DNA from: an uncultured Candidatus Binatia bacterium
GTDB taxonomy: Bacteria; Desulfobacterota; Binatia; Bin18
Direction of reading: 5' to 3'
Length of the DNA: 64,000 nt
Assembly (NCBI GenBank): GCA_965200965.1
Contig: OZ241744.1
Span: 1,280,001-1,344,000, forward strand
In this document: one piece after another, positions 48,017 to 58,526 of the stretch
Layout of the letters: each line of letters starts with the position of its first letter
Position numbering within the stretch: position 1 is the first letter of the stretch
Notes under the pieces: generated by a model
Databases searched by the model: none
Seen by the model: the letters and a program-made list of their open reading frames with translations, nothing else
Told to the model about the DNA's origin: nothing
Program-made: the position numbers and the translations under genes

Positions 48017-49117
48017 ATGATGCCGATCGCGCAACGGCTCCGTTGGCCAGTGTCTCTCCCGTTCCTTGCGGCCCTCCTGATCGCACCTGCCCCAAGCCTG
48101 GGCACTGACGATCCGATTCACCAAGCCCTGTCAGCCGTCGTCCATATTCGCGCGCAGATTCCCCCGAGCGCTCGAACCGCCCGTTTTCTAGGAACCCAGC
48201 GCGAAGCGAGCGGCATTGTCATTGACGCCGAGGGCTTGGTCCTGACCGTTGGCTACATCCTGCTTGAAGCCGAACAGGTTGCCGTCACCAGCCTGAACGG
48301 CCGACCGGTCAGGGCCACTGTTATCGGCAATGATTATGACACCGGCTTTGGCCTGGTGCGGGCCTCGCACCCCCTCCCCGTCCCGCCGATTCCGCTCGGC
48401 CTGTCGGCCGAGTTGGCCGAGCGAGCCGAGGTCCTGGTGGCCAGCTATGGCGCGGCGGAAGCCGTTCTCCCGGCACTGGTAACTGCGCGGCAGGAGTTTA
48501 CCGGCTATTGGGAATACCTGTTGGAAGACGCGATTTTTACCTCCCCCCCGCACCCCAATTTTGCCGGAGCGGCGCTGATCGGGCCAAGTGGGCATCTGCT
48601 CGGTATCGGCTCGCTCTTTGTCGGCAACGCATTTCAAGGCGGACCGGGCGAGCGGCGGCTGCCCGGCAATATGTTCATTCCGATCGACCGGCTGAAGCCG
48701 ATTTTGCCTGACCTGCTGGCCACCGGCCGGACGTCAAAGCCGCCCCGTCCCTGGCTGGGGCTGTTTACCGAAGAGGTCGGCGGCCATTTATTCATCTCCG
48801 GCACGATTCCCGAGGGACCCTCAGCCCAAGCCGGCCTGAGGGCGGGTGATATTATTGTCGGAGTCGGGGACAAGACGGTCAGCGACCAAGCCGAGTTCTA
48901 CCGCGCAGTCTGGGCCCGAGGAGAAGCTGGAGTAGAGGTCCCGCTCCAGATTTTGCGCCAGTCGGCAATTCAGACCCTGTCGGTGCGGTCGCTGGACCGC
49001 GATCGCTATTTTCAGCACAACCAGGACCGCCACGGTCCCGGCCCGGACACCGCCCAATCCGCAAAAGTCCAAGCCGGGCCCTGGCCGGAGTTGCTCCTCA
49101 GACCCTGGAGCGGCTAG
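48017..49117 (+). CDS. S1C/HtrA-like PDZ protein with non-canonical catalytic residues
   Basis: SGIVID, LTVGY, PNFAGAAL, C-terminal PDZ. The His and Ser of the triad appear replaced. Confidence 0.8.
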   Translation: MMPIAQRLRWPVSLPFLAALLIAPAPSLGTDDPIHQALSAVVHIRAQIPPSARTARFLGTQREASGIVIDAEGLVLTVGYILLEAEQVAVTSLNGRPVRATVIGNDYDTGFGLVRASHPLPVPPIPLGLSAELAERAEVLVASYGAAEAVLPALVTARQEFTGYWEYLLEDAIFTSPPHPNFAGAALIGPSGHLLGIGSLFVGNAFQGGPGERRLPGNMFIPIDRLKPILPDLLATGRTSKPPRPWLGLFTEEVGGHLFISGTIPEGPSAQAGLRAGDIIVGVGDKTVSDQAEFYRAVWARGEAGVEVPLQILRQSAIQTLSVRSLDRDRYFQHNQDRHGPGPDTAQSAKVQAGPWPELLLRPWSG

Positions 49118-49170
49118 AGAGCTTGTGGAGCTATAGAACAGCAGCGGATATCGCAAGGGAGGAATCAGAC

Positions 49171-49653
49171 ATGCGAAGGAATGCAAGGTGGTCCACATCC
49201 CATATCACCGCCGTGGTCTTCAGCCTGGCCTTTACCCTTATCCCCGCCGCCGTCCACGCCCAAGGCGGCTCGGGTTTTGGGGTTGGCTCGGGCAGCAACC
49301 CCTGGGACGATAACTCGCGCACCCCGTTTGAAATCAATATGAGCGGCTTTCTCAACACCAAACCCGAGGAGGGCAATATCGAAGTCGTCACCCTGGGGAT
49401 TAGTTCCTTTGGCACCCAGTACCAATACGAAATTATGGACATTGCAGCCCCCAACTATCCCCAGATGAGCACCAGAATGATCCTCCAAAAAGTCGGTCAA
49501 CGCGGCATCGACTTCAACCTGATCGGCCCCAGGGCCCTGCTGTCCAAAGTCGCCCAGTCGCCACCTGGCACACCGCTCAAAATTGTCGGCCTGTTTGAGC
49601 AGAACCGCCAGCGCCTGCGGCTGATGGAGGTCAAGGTGGTGGGCATGGAGTAA
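49171..49653 (+). CDS. Exported hypothetical protein
   Basis: GGAGG RBS, signal peptide VHA|Q. Confidence 0.7.
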   Translation: MRRNARWSTSHITAVVFSLAFTLIPAAVHAQGGSGFGVGSGSNPWDDNSRTPFEINMSGFLNTKPEEGNIEVVTLGISSFGTQYQYEIMDIAAPNYPQMSTRMILQKVGQRGIDFNLIGPRALLSKVAQSPPGTPLKIVGLFEQNRQRLRLMEVKVVGME

Positions 49654-49775
49654 GCGCCGGACGAGGAAGACAGAGGCCGGCAAAGACGGCCCAGCACCAC
49701 TTGCCCCGCCGGGCGGGTCTGTTGTATACGCAACAGCAAGCGATTGACGCAAAACAACCGGAGGAGGAATGACAC

Positions 49776-51509
49776 ATGGCGACATATGATATCCAACTCA
49801 AGGGCGGAACCGTTGTTGACGGCACCCTGGTCCCGCGTTACCAAGCCGATGTCTGGATCAAGGACGGGAGCATTGCCCAGATCGGCGGGCGGGCACCGGG
49901 TTCGGCAAAACAGGTCATAGACGCCGATGGCCTGATCGTGGCCCCCGGCTTTGTTGACCTGCACACCCACTACGACGCCCAGATCCGCTGGGACCCGTAC
50001 TGCACAATCTCAGGCTGGCACGGCGTGACCTCGGTCGTGCTGGGCAACTGCGGCTTTGGCTTTGCCCCGGTCAAATCCGATTTTCGGGAACGCTCAATGC
50101 TGACCATGACCCGCACCGAAGCCATCCCCTATGACGCGATGAAAGCCGGCATGGCCTGGGACTGGGAGACCATACCCGAGTACCTTGACTCCCTGGACCG
50201 CTCGCCCAAGGGCGTGAACTGCATTCAGTACATGCCGACGGCCTCGCTGATGACCTACGTCATGGGTCTGGAGGCGGCCAAGAGCCGGCCGGCGACCGCG
50301 GCCGAACGCCGGGAAATGCAGCGTCTGCTTGACCAGGGCATGGACGCCGGCCTGTGCGGCTTCTCCATCCAACGCCTCGGTCCCGACTCGACCCAGGCCG
50401 ATTACGACGGCTCGCCAATGGTCACTGATATCATGGACGACGCCGACATTCTGAACTTGGCCGAGGTGCTCCGCAAACGGGACGAGGGCTTTATCCAGAT
50501 CACCCAATCAACCGGAGCCATCAAAAAAGACCTCGCCTTTCTCGAAAAACTGGCCGAAGTCGCCCAGCGCCCGATCCTGCATAACGTCATTGTTGCGGCC
50601 CGCAAAGACCCCAACGTTCACCGCCGCAGCCTGGACTGGCTGGAGCGCTGCCGCCAGCGCGGTCTGCCGATTTTCGGGCAGACCGGCACCCACCGAACCG
50701 GCTTTGCCTTTACCCTGGAGCACTGGAATCTGTATGACGCCAGCCCGGCTTGGCGCGAGCTGACAACCGGCACAAAGCGGGAAAAACTGGCCAAAATGAA
50801 AAATCCGGCCCTGCGCGAAGCGGTTAAACGCGAAACCGAAGAGGCCGACCGCAAACTGCAAGTCATTCAGGCCGGCGTCGGCGGGGCGATCCCGACCCTG
50901 CTCGTCCAGAGCACCAACAACCAGACCGAGCTGGAGCAATACGTCGGCAAATCGATCGGCCAGATCGCCGACGAGCAGGGAAAAGACCCGATTGACACCA
51001 TGCTTGACCTGTCCATTGCCGGCGACCTCAACGTTGAGTTCCTCGGCCCCAACCGCGGCTTTAACGCCGACTACACCGCGGAGATGATTAACGACTCGCG
51101 GTTCACCTTCCCCGGCGCATCCGACGGCGGTGCCCACACCAAGTTCTTCACCGGCGGCGCGTTCACGACCGATTTTCTCCGCTGGCTGGTGCGTGACGAA
51201 CATAAGATCAGCCTCGAAGAAGCCCACTATCGGCTGTCGGCCCTGCCGGCCCACGCGGCCGGCTTCCGCGACCGCGGCACCCTGCGCGAAGGAGCCGCGG
51301 CAGACATGGTAGTCTACAACCTGGACGAGCTGGACATTGAGCCCGACTGGGTCGGAGAGATAAGCTACGACTTCCCCGGTGGCGAGTGGCGGCGCGTACA
51401 GCGGGCCAAGGGCTATCACGCCATTATTGTCAACGGCCAGACCACCTTTGAAGATGGCCGCTGCACGGGCAACACCTCGGGCAAGCTGCTGCGCCACGGC
51501 CACGCCTAA
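49776..51509 (+). CDS. N-acyl-D-amino-acid deacylase family amidohydrolase
   Basis: PGFVDLHTHYDAQ, GNCG, SDGGAH. Confidence 0.92.
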   Translation: MATYDIQLKGGTVVDGTLVPRYQADVWIKDGSIAQIGGRAPGSAKQVIDADGLIVAPGFVDLHTHYDAQIRWDPYCTISGWHGVTSVVLGNCGFGFAPVKSDFRERSMLTMTRTEAIPYDAMKAGMAWDWETIPEYLDSLDRSPKGVNCIQYMPTASLMTYVMGLEAAKSRPATAAERREMQRLLDQGMDAGLCGFSIQRLGPDSTQADYDGSPMVTDIMDDADILNLAEVLRKRDEGFIQITQSTGAIKKDLAFLEKLAEVAQRPILHNVIVAARKDPNVHRRSLDWLERCRQRGLPIFGQTGTHRTGFAFTLEHWNLYDASPAWRELTTGTKREKLAKMKNPALREAVKRETEEADRKLQVIQAGVGGAIPTLLVQSTNNQTELEQYVGKSIGQIADEQGKDPIDTMLDLSIAGDLNVEFLGPNRGFNADYTAEMINDSRFTFPGASDGGAHTKFFTGGAFTTDFLRWLVRDEHKISLEEAHYRLSALPAHAAGFRDRGTLREGAAADMVVYNLDELDIEPDWVGEISYDFPGGEWRRVQRAKGYHAIIVNGQTTFEDGRCTGNTSGKLLRHGHA

Positions 51510-51517
51510 CCCCCACC

Positions 51518-51541
51518 CCTCCGGGCCGCGCGGCCCGGAGG
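51518..51541. terminator. Perfect 24-bp palindrome after the deacylase gene
   Basis: CCTCCGGGCCGCGCGGCCCGGAGG is its own reverse complement. Confidence 0.65.
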
Positions 51542-51764
51542 TCTCTCAGAGAAATGAATCCAAGGGTCGTTGAAGCTCATGTTCAGAAATGGGGAACACG
51601 GACTCCACAATTGTTCGGGCCTATTGAATTTTGCGTATTTCGAGAGTTGAGAGACATAATTTATTTTAAACAAATGCACGTTTTGGATGGAACAGTCGCC
51701 TAGCCCCGTGAACAGGATATCTGTCCCGACATCTTATACCTCGATTCGCTGAAGGAGGCCCCGT

Positions 51765-53348
51765 TCAGCAGATCCCAAGTCTCTCCGCGAGTGCCTGAAA
51801 CTCCTTGAACGCCTCCGGCCCGAATTGCTGACGAGCTCTTGAGGCAGCATGGTTATCCCTCACTGCCTCGGAGAGACACCCCCACCTAACAGGAGTACCA
51901 TCGGGCACAGATTCTCGCTCGCCGGCTACCAGACTACGGATCTTTTCAATGAGCCGCGCCGAAAGTCCTAAGGCACCGGATGTATAGAGAAACTGTTCTC
52001 CGGTCATCAGACCAATGGACGGCACATCGTCCACAGGCTTATCGTCCACAGGTTCACGCAAGTCATCGAGAGTTGGGGGCGCTCCGAGGTCCAAGACCTG
52101 CTCCTCGGAGACAAACTCTGTCCAGTTCCCGGGGCGCAGGTAACCCCCGGCTTTAGAGAGGTAAGAGGAGTGCGTACCGGAGTACGAAAGCACGAGTTGA
52201 AGTTTCGCTCGGGTCATCGCGACATAGAGCTTGGACAGGTCTCGAAACCGTTCACGCTCTGGCGTGACGGGATTGGGAATCACTCCATTGCTGACGTTGA
52301 CGACGCATACCAAGTCGAACTCGAATCCCTTTGCCTGCTCCAGGTCTGAGAGGAACGAAGACGCGCACACTGAGACAAGATCCTTGATGAGCGTGGCCAG
52401 AGGACGGTTCAGTGTAAGGACGAGAATGTTTCCGCTGGGATAGCGTTCAGCAAGCGCGACTGCCCGTCTGACGACGATACACGTCTTGCCCGTCCCCGAC
52501 ACTCCCACAAGCTTGGCCGGACCGGAGAACTCAGCCTTGGCTACTCGCTCCTGCTCCGGGTGCATGAATACCATCCAGTCCCGGTAGTCAGCTGTCTGTA
52601 CGAAGTGCTTGAAGAGCTCTGCATACTGCGGTGAATCGGTCGGGATAGTCCGCAGATATTCGCCGTGCTTGATCTCGGTCTCCGGTTTTGGAGGCGCAAC
52701 CTCTCCCCGGAACAGAAGCATCCGCGTTTGGGCAGCCTTGAGATTGCCTTGCCGGAGTAGAACGAAGATGTCGTGGATAGCCACGCTGCGCTCTCTATCT
52801 TCTATAGCCTTGGCAATCTCAACGATCTCGTCCTCATCACTGATTGATTCGAACTCCTCGATCCGACGAACGATTCCTCTTGGGAGGGATTCAACCAGGA
52901 AATCAAAATCGGCCTCTGCCAGCTTTTTGTAGAGCTTCCCATATGAGTAGTCAGAAGAGCCCTGCACACGGGTCTTCGGATCGAAATTATCATCGGACTT
53001 GGCGGCCTTGATGAGCCTTCCCTTCGTGTCCACGACCGGCGCAAATCCTCGGTTGCGCTCAAGCCACTTTTCGCAGTCATCGTGAGAGCCCGCATAGAGG
53101 AGGTAACAAAAGGCATCATCAACCACCGTGAGAAGGCGACAGAACCCAGCCAAATCATATTTGCGGCATTTGGGAACTCGATTCTCACCGTGCTTCGTCA
53201 GAGCGATACCCTCGAAAGGGTCCTGGCAACCACTCGCGATACGTCCAATAACCATCTCCACGGTCTTGGCGGCCTTCTGGTAAGGACCGCCTCTTTTATA
53301 GAGGGCTCGGAGGCTTGGCAGAAGGTCTCTGTCTTGACTGTACTTCAT
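51765..53348 (-). pseudogene. UvrD-like SF1 helicase with RelE-like N-terminus, internally deleted
   Basis: MHPEQ, GVSGTGKT and VLTLNRPLA are followed within about 20 aa by AKGFEFD and LYVAMTRA. Walker B and motifs III-IV are missing. Atypical codon usage. Confidence 0.75.
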
Positions 53349-53626
53349 AGCTTCACAAGAGCCGGCACCAGCCGTCCACGACACTCTCAGATGTCATACC
53401 CTCCCTCGTGTTCGCCAGCGGCGACGCAATCTGAAGATCGGGTTTGAGCGGCCCCATAGAGAAACCCTCGGCAAAGGTCATAGGGTGAGAGGGCACTCAT
53501 GGTGCCTCTTCCTGATACCGGCAGACTGTAATAGAATTTTTGGGACAAGGCAAGATTGTAGAGCCAAACCGCTATCCCTATCTCCGGTTAGTGACGTATA
53601 ATCCGTCTCTCCTGAAGGAGGGAGAC

Positions 53627-54826
53627 ATGCCGAGAGCCCTGGACGATATCCGCATCCTTGACCTGACCCATGTCGTCAACGGTCCCTACGCCACCCTGAT
53701 GCTCAGCTTTCTGGGTGCCGACATCATCAAGCTCGAACCGCCGGGCCAAGGCGAGAAAGCCCGATCCCTGCTGCCGCTCCGCGATGTTGCCCACGAGAGT
53801 TTTCTCTTCATCATGCTGAACTCCAACAAGAGAAGCATCACCCTCAACCTGAAAACCGGGCGGGGCAAGACCCTCTTCCTGCAACTCATCCCTCGCGTTG
53901 ACGTGGTCGTCGAAAACTTTGCCCTCGGCGTGATGGACAAACTGGGGCTGGGCTACGAGGTCTTACGTCAGCACAACCCCCGGCTGGTGTATGCGGCCAG
54001 CACCGGCTACGGCCGGAACGGCCCCTACAGCAACTATCCAGCCTTTGACTCCATTATTCAGGCCATGTCGGGCCTGATGAGCAGCACCGGAGAGCCTGAC
54101 GGTCCGCCGATGAAAGCCGGCCCGCCGGTCATGGATGTCCTGGGCGGGATTCATCTCGCAACTGGCGTGATTGCCGCCTTACGGCAACGTGACCGGACCG
54201 GCCAGGGACTCTTTGTTGAAACCTCCCTGTACGACGCCGCTCTCGGCCCCATGATCGCCCAAATCTCAAGCTTCCTCTCCTACGGCGGGACCTACCGGCG
54301 CGAGGGCAACGCCTCTCCCAACCGGCGCATCTCTCCCTATAACTGCTATCCGGCCAAGGATGGCCACATTTTTCTGCTGACCCTGGATGAGCCGCGCTGG
54401 CGCGCCCTGTGCCGGCTGATGGCCTGCCCGGAGCTGGCCGACGATCCCCGCTTTGCCACCAATCGGGCCCGCCGCCAGCACGCCGCGGAGGTAGATGCCC
54501 TGGTCAGCGCCTGGACGCTGCGCCACCCCAAACACGACATCATGGAGCGCTGTTCGGCAGCCGATATTACCTGCGGTGTGGTCAAGGATATTGGCGAACT
54601 CATTACCGATCCGCATATCCGAGCCCGGGGCCGGCTCCAGGATATCAAGCACCCGACCGCAGGACAGATGACTGTCCTGGGCTCGCCGTGGTGGATTGAT
54701 GAGCGACCGCTCGGTATTGACGCGCCAAGCCCCAGCCTGGGACAGCATAATGAGCAGGTCTACACCGAACTGCTCGGCCTATCAGCCCAAGAACTCGCCC
54801 AGCTCAGAGACCAGCAAGTGATATAG
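53627..54826 (+). CDS. Family III (CaiB/BaiF) CoA transferase
   Basis: ILDLT..GPY, GADIIKLE, NSNKRSITLNLK, VENF, LGQHN. Confidence 0.93.
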   Translation: MPRALDDIRILDLTHVVNGPYATLMLSFLGADIIKLEPPGQGEKARSLLPLRDVAHESFLFIMLNSNKRSITLNLKTGRGKTLFLQLIPRVDVVVENFALGVMDKLGLGYEVLRQHNPRLVYAASTGYGRNGPYSNYPAFDSIIQAMSGLMSSTGEPDGPPMKAGPPVMDVLGGIHLATGVIAALRQRDRTGQGLFVETSLYDAALGPMIAQISSFLSYGGTYRREGNASPNRRISPYNCYPAKDGHIFLLTLDEPRWRALCRLMACPELADDPRFATNRARRQHAAEVDALVSAWTLRHPKHDIMERCSAADITCGVVKDIGELITDPHIRARGRLQDIKHPTAGQMTVLGSPWWIDERPLGIDAPSPSLGQHNEQVYTELLGLSAQELAQLRDQQVI

Positions 54827-54837
54827 CGGCCCGGCCC

Positions 54838-55497
54838 TCAGCGCCGATCGATATCGTAGATCCGCACGGCCTCGGTGTCGCTAATCCAGCCGACCTCGGC
54901 GTGGCGCTCCCGCAGCCGAAATCGGTCCCGGGGCAAGCCGGCAAAAAATTCATCCACACCCTCTCGGAACGGGTCGGCAAACACCGCCCGGCCGTGGGGA
55001 GCCAGGACCGTTTGCATCAGGGCCCGTACCCGGGCGGCGTTCTCCAGATCGTAGTGGACATCCCCGCCCACAATCCAATCGTAGCAACCAAGGGTCCGAA
55101 GACTGCTCGAGTCGTGCAGACAACAGCAAAGTGTGTGAATGGCGGCAACGTCATTGAGCGCGCAGTTGAGATCAACCAGGGACAGCGCGTCGGCCACATG
55201 GTCCAGCGCAGACACCCGGGCACCCAGCTTGGCCAACACCACACTCTCCAGCCCGACCCCGCAGCCAACAACCAGGACGCGCCGGCCACGGATTTGCTCG
55301 AGTGCCACCTGGCCGGCCACATAGCGCGCGACAGCCAAGCCCGTCGGCCACACAATGTTCCAGTATTCATTAGCGCCGCAGTAGGCACAGGCCGGAAAAT
55401 CCGGCCGCCAGTTGCAAATCTCTATCAACTCAACCGTCAAGGCGTCGGTAATCGCATAGCTGAGTTGTATCTGCTCATAGACAGGGGGCTTGGCCAT
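54838..55497 (-). CDS. Class I SAM methyltransferase (Nnt1/METTL21-like)
   Basis: YWNIVWP, GCGVGL, GGDVHY. Confidence 0.8.
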   Translation of the reverse strand: MAKPPVYEQIQLSYAITDALTVELIEICNWRPDFPACAYCGANEYWNIVWPTGLAVARYVAGQVALEQIRGRRVLVVGCGVGLESVVLAKLGARVSALDHVADALSLVDLNCALNDVAAIHTLCCCLHDSSSLRTLGCYDWIVGGDVHYDLENAARVRALMQTVLAPHGRAVFADPFREGVDEFFAGLPRDRFRLRERHAEVGWISDTEAVRIYDIDRR

Positions 55498-55627
55498 GTC
55501 CGGTGTATATCCGAAGGGCCAAACCCTGCGCAAGGCTGGGCGAGCCCACTCCGAGAACAGCGCCCCGTCTTGTACAGCCAGGGCGGGCACGCTACCCTTT
55601 GTCCACACCCACGAAGGAGGACCGCAC

Positions 55628-56473
55628 ATGGAGAAGCTCAGCGTAGAAGGGCTAGCGTATGTAACAGCCCAGATGAACTATCTGGCCGACGATATGGAGG
55701 AAAAGCCAGTCTACTATCTCTACCCTCCCCCTCCCGGCGTTCCCCAGCGTACCGGTCGCTCCATCACACATGCCATGCCGATTCACGATGCCCGGTCGCT
55801 TGTCGGCCACTTTTCTCTCGACGCCCAAGGGCTGAGCTTCACCCGCCGGCAGACCCGGGTCGGCAATTTTTACGACCCCCAAGAGGTGCAGCGCGTCTAC
55901 TACCCCGAAGTCGCCGAGTTGGTGACCTGCCTCACCGGAGCCGAAAAGGTCCTGGTCTTTGACCATAATGTGCGCAGTACGCCGCGGGCGCAGCAGAAGC
56001 AGGACGGGGCCCGCGAGCCAGTGCTGTCGTGTCACAACGACTATACGGTGGTCTCAGGCCCACAGCGCGTCCGCGATCTGTTGCCCGCCCACGAGGCTGA
56101 AGAGCGCCTCAAACATCGCTTTGCCTTTATTAACGTCTGGCGGCCGATTCGCGGTCCAGTCCAGGATACCCCACTGGCGGTGTGCGACGCCCAGAGCATC
56201 AGTCAGGGCCATTTTGTGGCCACCGATCTCAAGTACCCGGACCGGACCGGAGAGGTCTACTCCGTCTCCTACCAGCCCGGACATCGCTGGTATTATGTCT
56301 CGGACATGCAGCCCGATGAGGCTCTGCTGTTCAAGTGTTACGACTCGCGGACAGACGGCACCGCTCGCTTTACCGCCCACAGCGCGTTTGAGAATCCGGC
56401 CAGTCCGGCCGATGCCGTCCCGCGTGAGAGCATCGAGGCTCGGACGATTGGGTTCTTTGTCCCCGAAGCATAA
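55628..56473 (+). CDS. CmcJ/NvfI (AsaB-like) oxidoreductase
   Basis: FDHNVR, HNDYT, NVWRPI, PLAVCDA, KCYDS, RESIEAR. Confidence 0.88.
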   Translation: MEKLSVEGLAYVTAQMNYLADDMEEKPVYYLYPPPPGVPQRTGRSITHAMPIHDARSLVGHFSLDAQGLSFTRRQTRVGNFYDPQEVQRVYYPEVAELVTCLTGAEKVLVFDHNVRSTPRAQQKQDGAREPVLSCHNDYTVVSGPQRVRDLLPAHEAEERLKHRFAFINVWRPIRGPVQDTPLAVCDAQSISQGHFVATDLKYPDRTGEVYSVSYQPGHRWYYVSDMQPDEALLFKCYDSRTDGTARFTAHSAFENPASPADAVPRESIEARTIGFFVPEA

Positions 56474-56581
56474 GGCCTTGGCAGGCTGGGATCAGAAGAC
56501 GCTGCCGGCTTACGCCTCTTTGGATAGTATTTGCCATGATACTATCTGAACAAGGGAAATGATGACACAGGAGAGAATACG

Positions 56582-57334
56582 ATGGCAGGATTAGTTGAAG
56601 GCAGAGTCGCCCTGGTCACCGGCGGGGGATCGGGCATTGGCAGACAGGCATGTTTGGTCTTCTCGCGCGAAGGAGCCCAGGTAGTGGTGTGTGATGTGGT
56701 ACTTGAGGGCGGGGAAGAAACGGTCAGCCAGATCAGGCAGGCCGGTGGACAGGCGATGTTTATTCAGGCCGATGTCGCCCAAGCCGCGGAGGTCGAGGCC
56801 GTTGTCGCCAGGACGGTTGAAACCTACGGTCGTCTCGATTGCGCGTATAATAATGCCGGGATTGCCGGACGGACGGCGCGGGTCGCCGATGATAGCGAAC
56901 AGAACTGGGACCGCGTCCTGTCGATTAATCTCAAGGGGGTGTGGTTGTGCCTCAAATACGAAATCGCCCACATGCTCACGCAGGGCAGCGGGGCCATTGT
57001 CAACACCGCGTCTGACGCCGGGCTGATCGGCCTCAGACGGGCCGGTGCGTATGTGGCCAGCAAACACGGTGTGGTCGGTCTGACCAAGACGGCGGCCCTG
57101 GAATACGCCACCTCCAACATCCGGGTCAACGCCGTATGTCCGGGACCGATTGACACGCCCATGCTGCGGGGAGCGAGTGAGCGTGTGATCGACGCTATGG
57201 CCACGGCACAGCCCAACGGCCGCCTGGGGCAGCCCCGGGAAATTGCCGAGGCCGCGGTCTGGTTGTGTTCCGACGCGGCCTCGTTTGTGACCGGACATCC
57301 CATGCCGGTGGACGGCGGATATCTCGCCCAGTAA
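56582..57334 (+). CDS. SDR family oxidoreductase
   Basis: TGGGSGIG, NNAG, YVASK. Confidence 0.93.
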   Translation: MAGLVEGRVALVTGGGSGIGRQACLVFSREGAQVVVCDVVLEGGEETVSQIRQAGGQAMFIQADVAQAAEVEAVVARTVETYGRLDCAYNNAGIAGRTARVADDSEQNWDRVLSINLKGVWLCLKYEIAHMLTQGSGAIVNTASDAGLIGLRRAGAYVASKHGVVGLTKTAALEYATSNIRVNAVCPGPIDTPMLRGASERVIDAMATAQPNGRLGQPREIAEAAVWLCSDAASFVTGHPMPVDGGYLAQ

Positions 57335-57362
57335 AACCGGCGGAGGGGCCAAGGTCGCCGAG

Positions 57363-58164
57363 CTATAAGCTCGAAAAAGAAACCTTAAACCCGGACCGCT
57401 CCTGGCTGCTCTCTTCAACCAACACGCCCTGAGCGCTGGTATAGCTGCTTGGTGGGTAATACAGATAGCCGGTCAGGCGGGTACCTGGAGCGAGCCTCTG
57501 GCTGCTGAGGGGCGAAACAGGGAACGGCCTTGCGACGGCCTGGAGCGCCTTGACCTGTTCGCCGGCCGCGGTCAGGAGCACGACCTGATCGGACTCCAGA
57601 AGATAGGGCTCATCGGTGGCATTGGCAATCTCTACCCGGACGGGAAGAACATCGGTCACAATGTGGCCAAACTCCAACTGAGAATCAAAGCCTTCGAGCG
57701 GGGTGACGGCCACTTGTACCGAACCCGGCGGAATACACGGCTTGTGGCGGTGCAAGATCTCCGTTGTGGCGATAAAACGTTCGTAAAAGTATTCAGGAAA
57801 TCTCTGGTTCATGGCACCAAAGCCGGCCAAGCCGCCATACTCGCTTGTGACATCAACGCCGTCGTCCGTACAGCTCAGTTGGACCCGGGCAATGTCTTCA
57901 CCGCCCTGGCGTAAGCGTGTGCCCTCCAGCAGCCCTAGCCGCTCCGGGGTGGCCATGATGAACCGGGTCGGCGTGTAGCCCACATCTTTGAGGATGTTGT
58001 AGGCAATGCGGTTGGCCTGCTCAACAGGTGACCATGACTTTGGGGACATGGGGAGCGAAGCGAGGCGAGAAGGGAGCACGCGGCGTGGTCGTGCTGCAAG
58101 CGGTCAGCAGGACGGTACTCAGACCGAGAGTGAGTCGAGACGCAGCAGACCAGTTCCACACCAT
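57363..58164 (-). pseudogene. Lipoprotein of unknown function with a frameshift near 58030
   Basis: ATG 58164 gives MVWNW...VLLTA|C lipobox, ending KVMVTC*. The body (VEQANRIAY...) continues in another frame. Confidence 0.6.
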
Positions 58165-58197
58165 AGGCTATCCCTTCTGTCCGGGCGTGAACTTGAC

Positions 58198-58398
58198 CTA
58201 GCCCTCGTTCAGATAGGGTGTACACAGCTTGTCAATATCTTCGGGCGAATCCCGATGGATCTCTCGGCACGCGTTATACTTGGCCAACGGTGCGCCACGA
58301 ATGGCGATACGCTGACTGTGATCCCGGGCCCCACAGGCCAGACACAGGCCGGAGCCGAGCAGCAGCGCAAGTCCCAGGCTCAGGTGCAACACGGACAT
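58198..58398 (-). CDS. Small putative lipoprotein (66 aa)
   Basis: Hydrophobic signal ending CLA|C, plus two further Cys. Confidence 0.55.
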   Translation of the reverse strand: MSVLHLSLGLALLLGSGLCLACGARDHSQRIAIRGAPLAKYNACREIHRDSPEDIDKLCTPYLNEG

Positions 58399-58526
58399 TC
58401 TCCCAGCACCCTTTTTCACTGCCGAAACCATGCCCAGAAACGGGCCACACGGCCAAGTGCCCCGGACGGGAGTGCCCGTCCGGGGGATGGTGACAGCCGC
58501 CAACATCGGCTAGGCTGGGCCGAGGT

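Noticed and set aside
50508-51503. Long antisense ORFs (e.g. 50508-51503, 15196-16053, 35939-36811, 54901-55962)
   Set aside because: Shadow ORFs typical of high-GC coding DNA, overlapping well-supported genes.
58018-58030. TGT-TGA as a Cys-Sec motif in the lipoprotein
   Set aside because: Readthrough gives non-protein-like sequence. The natural continuation is in another frame, indicating a frameshift.
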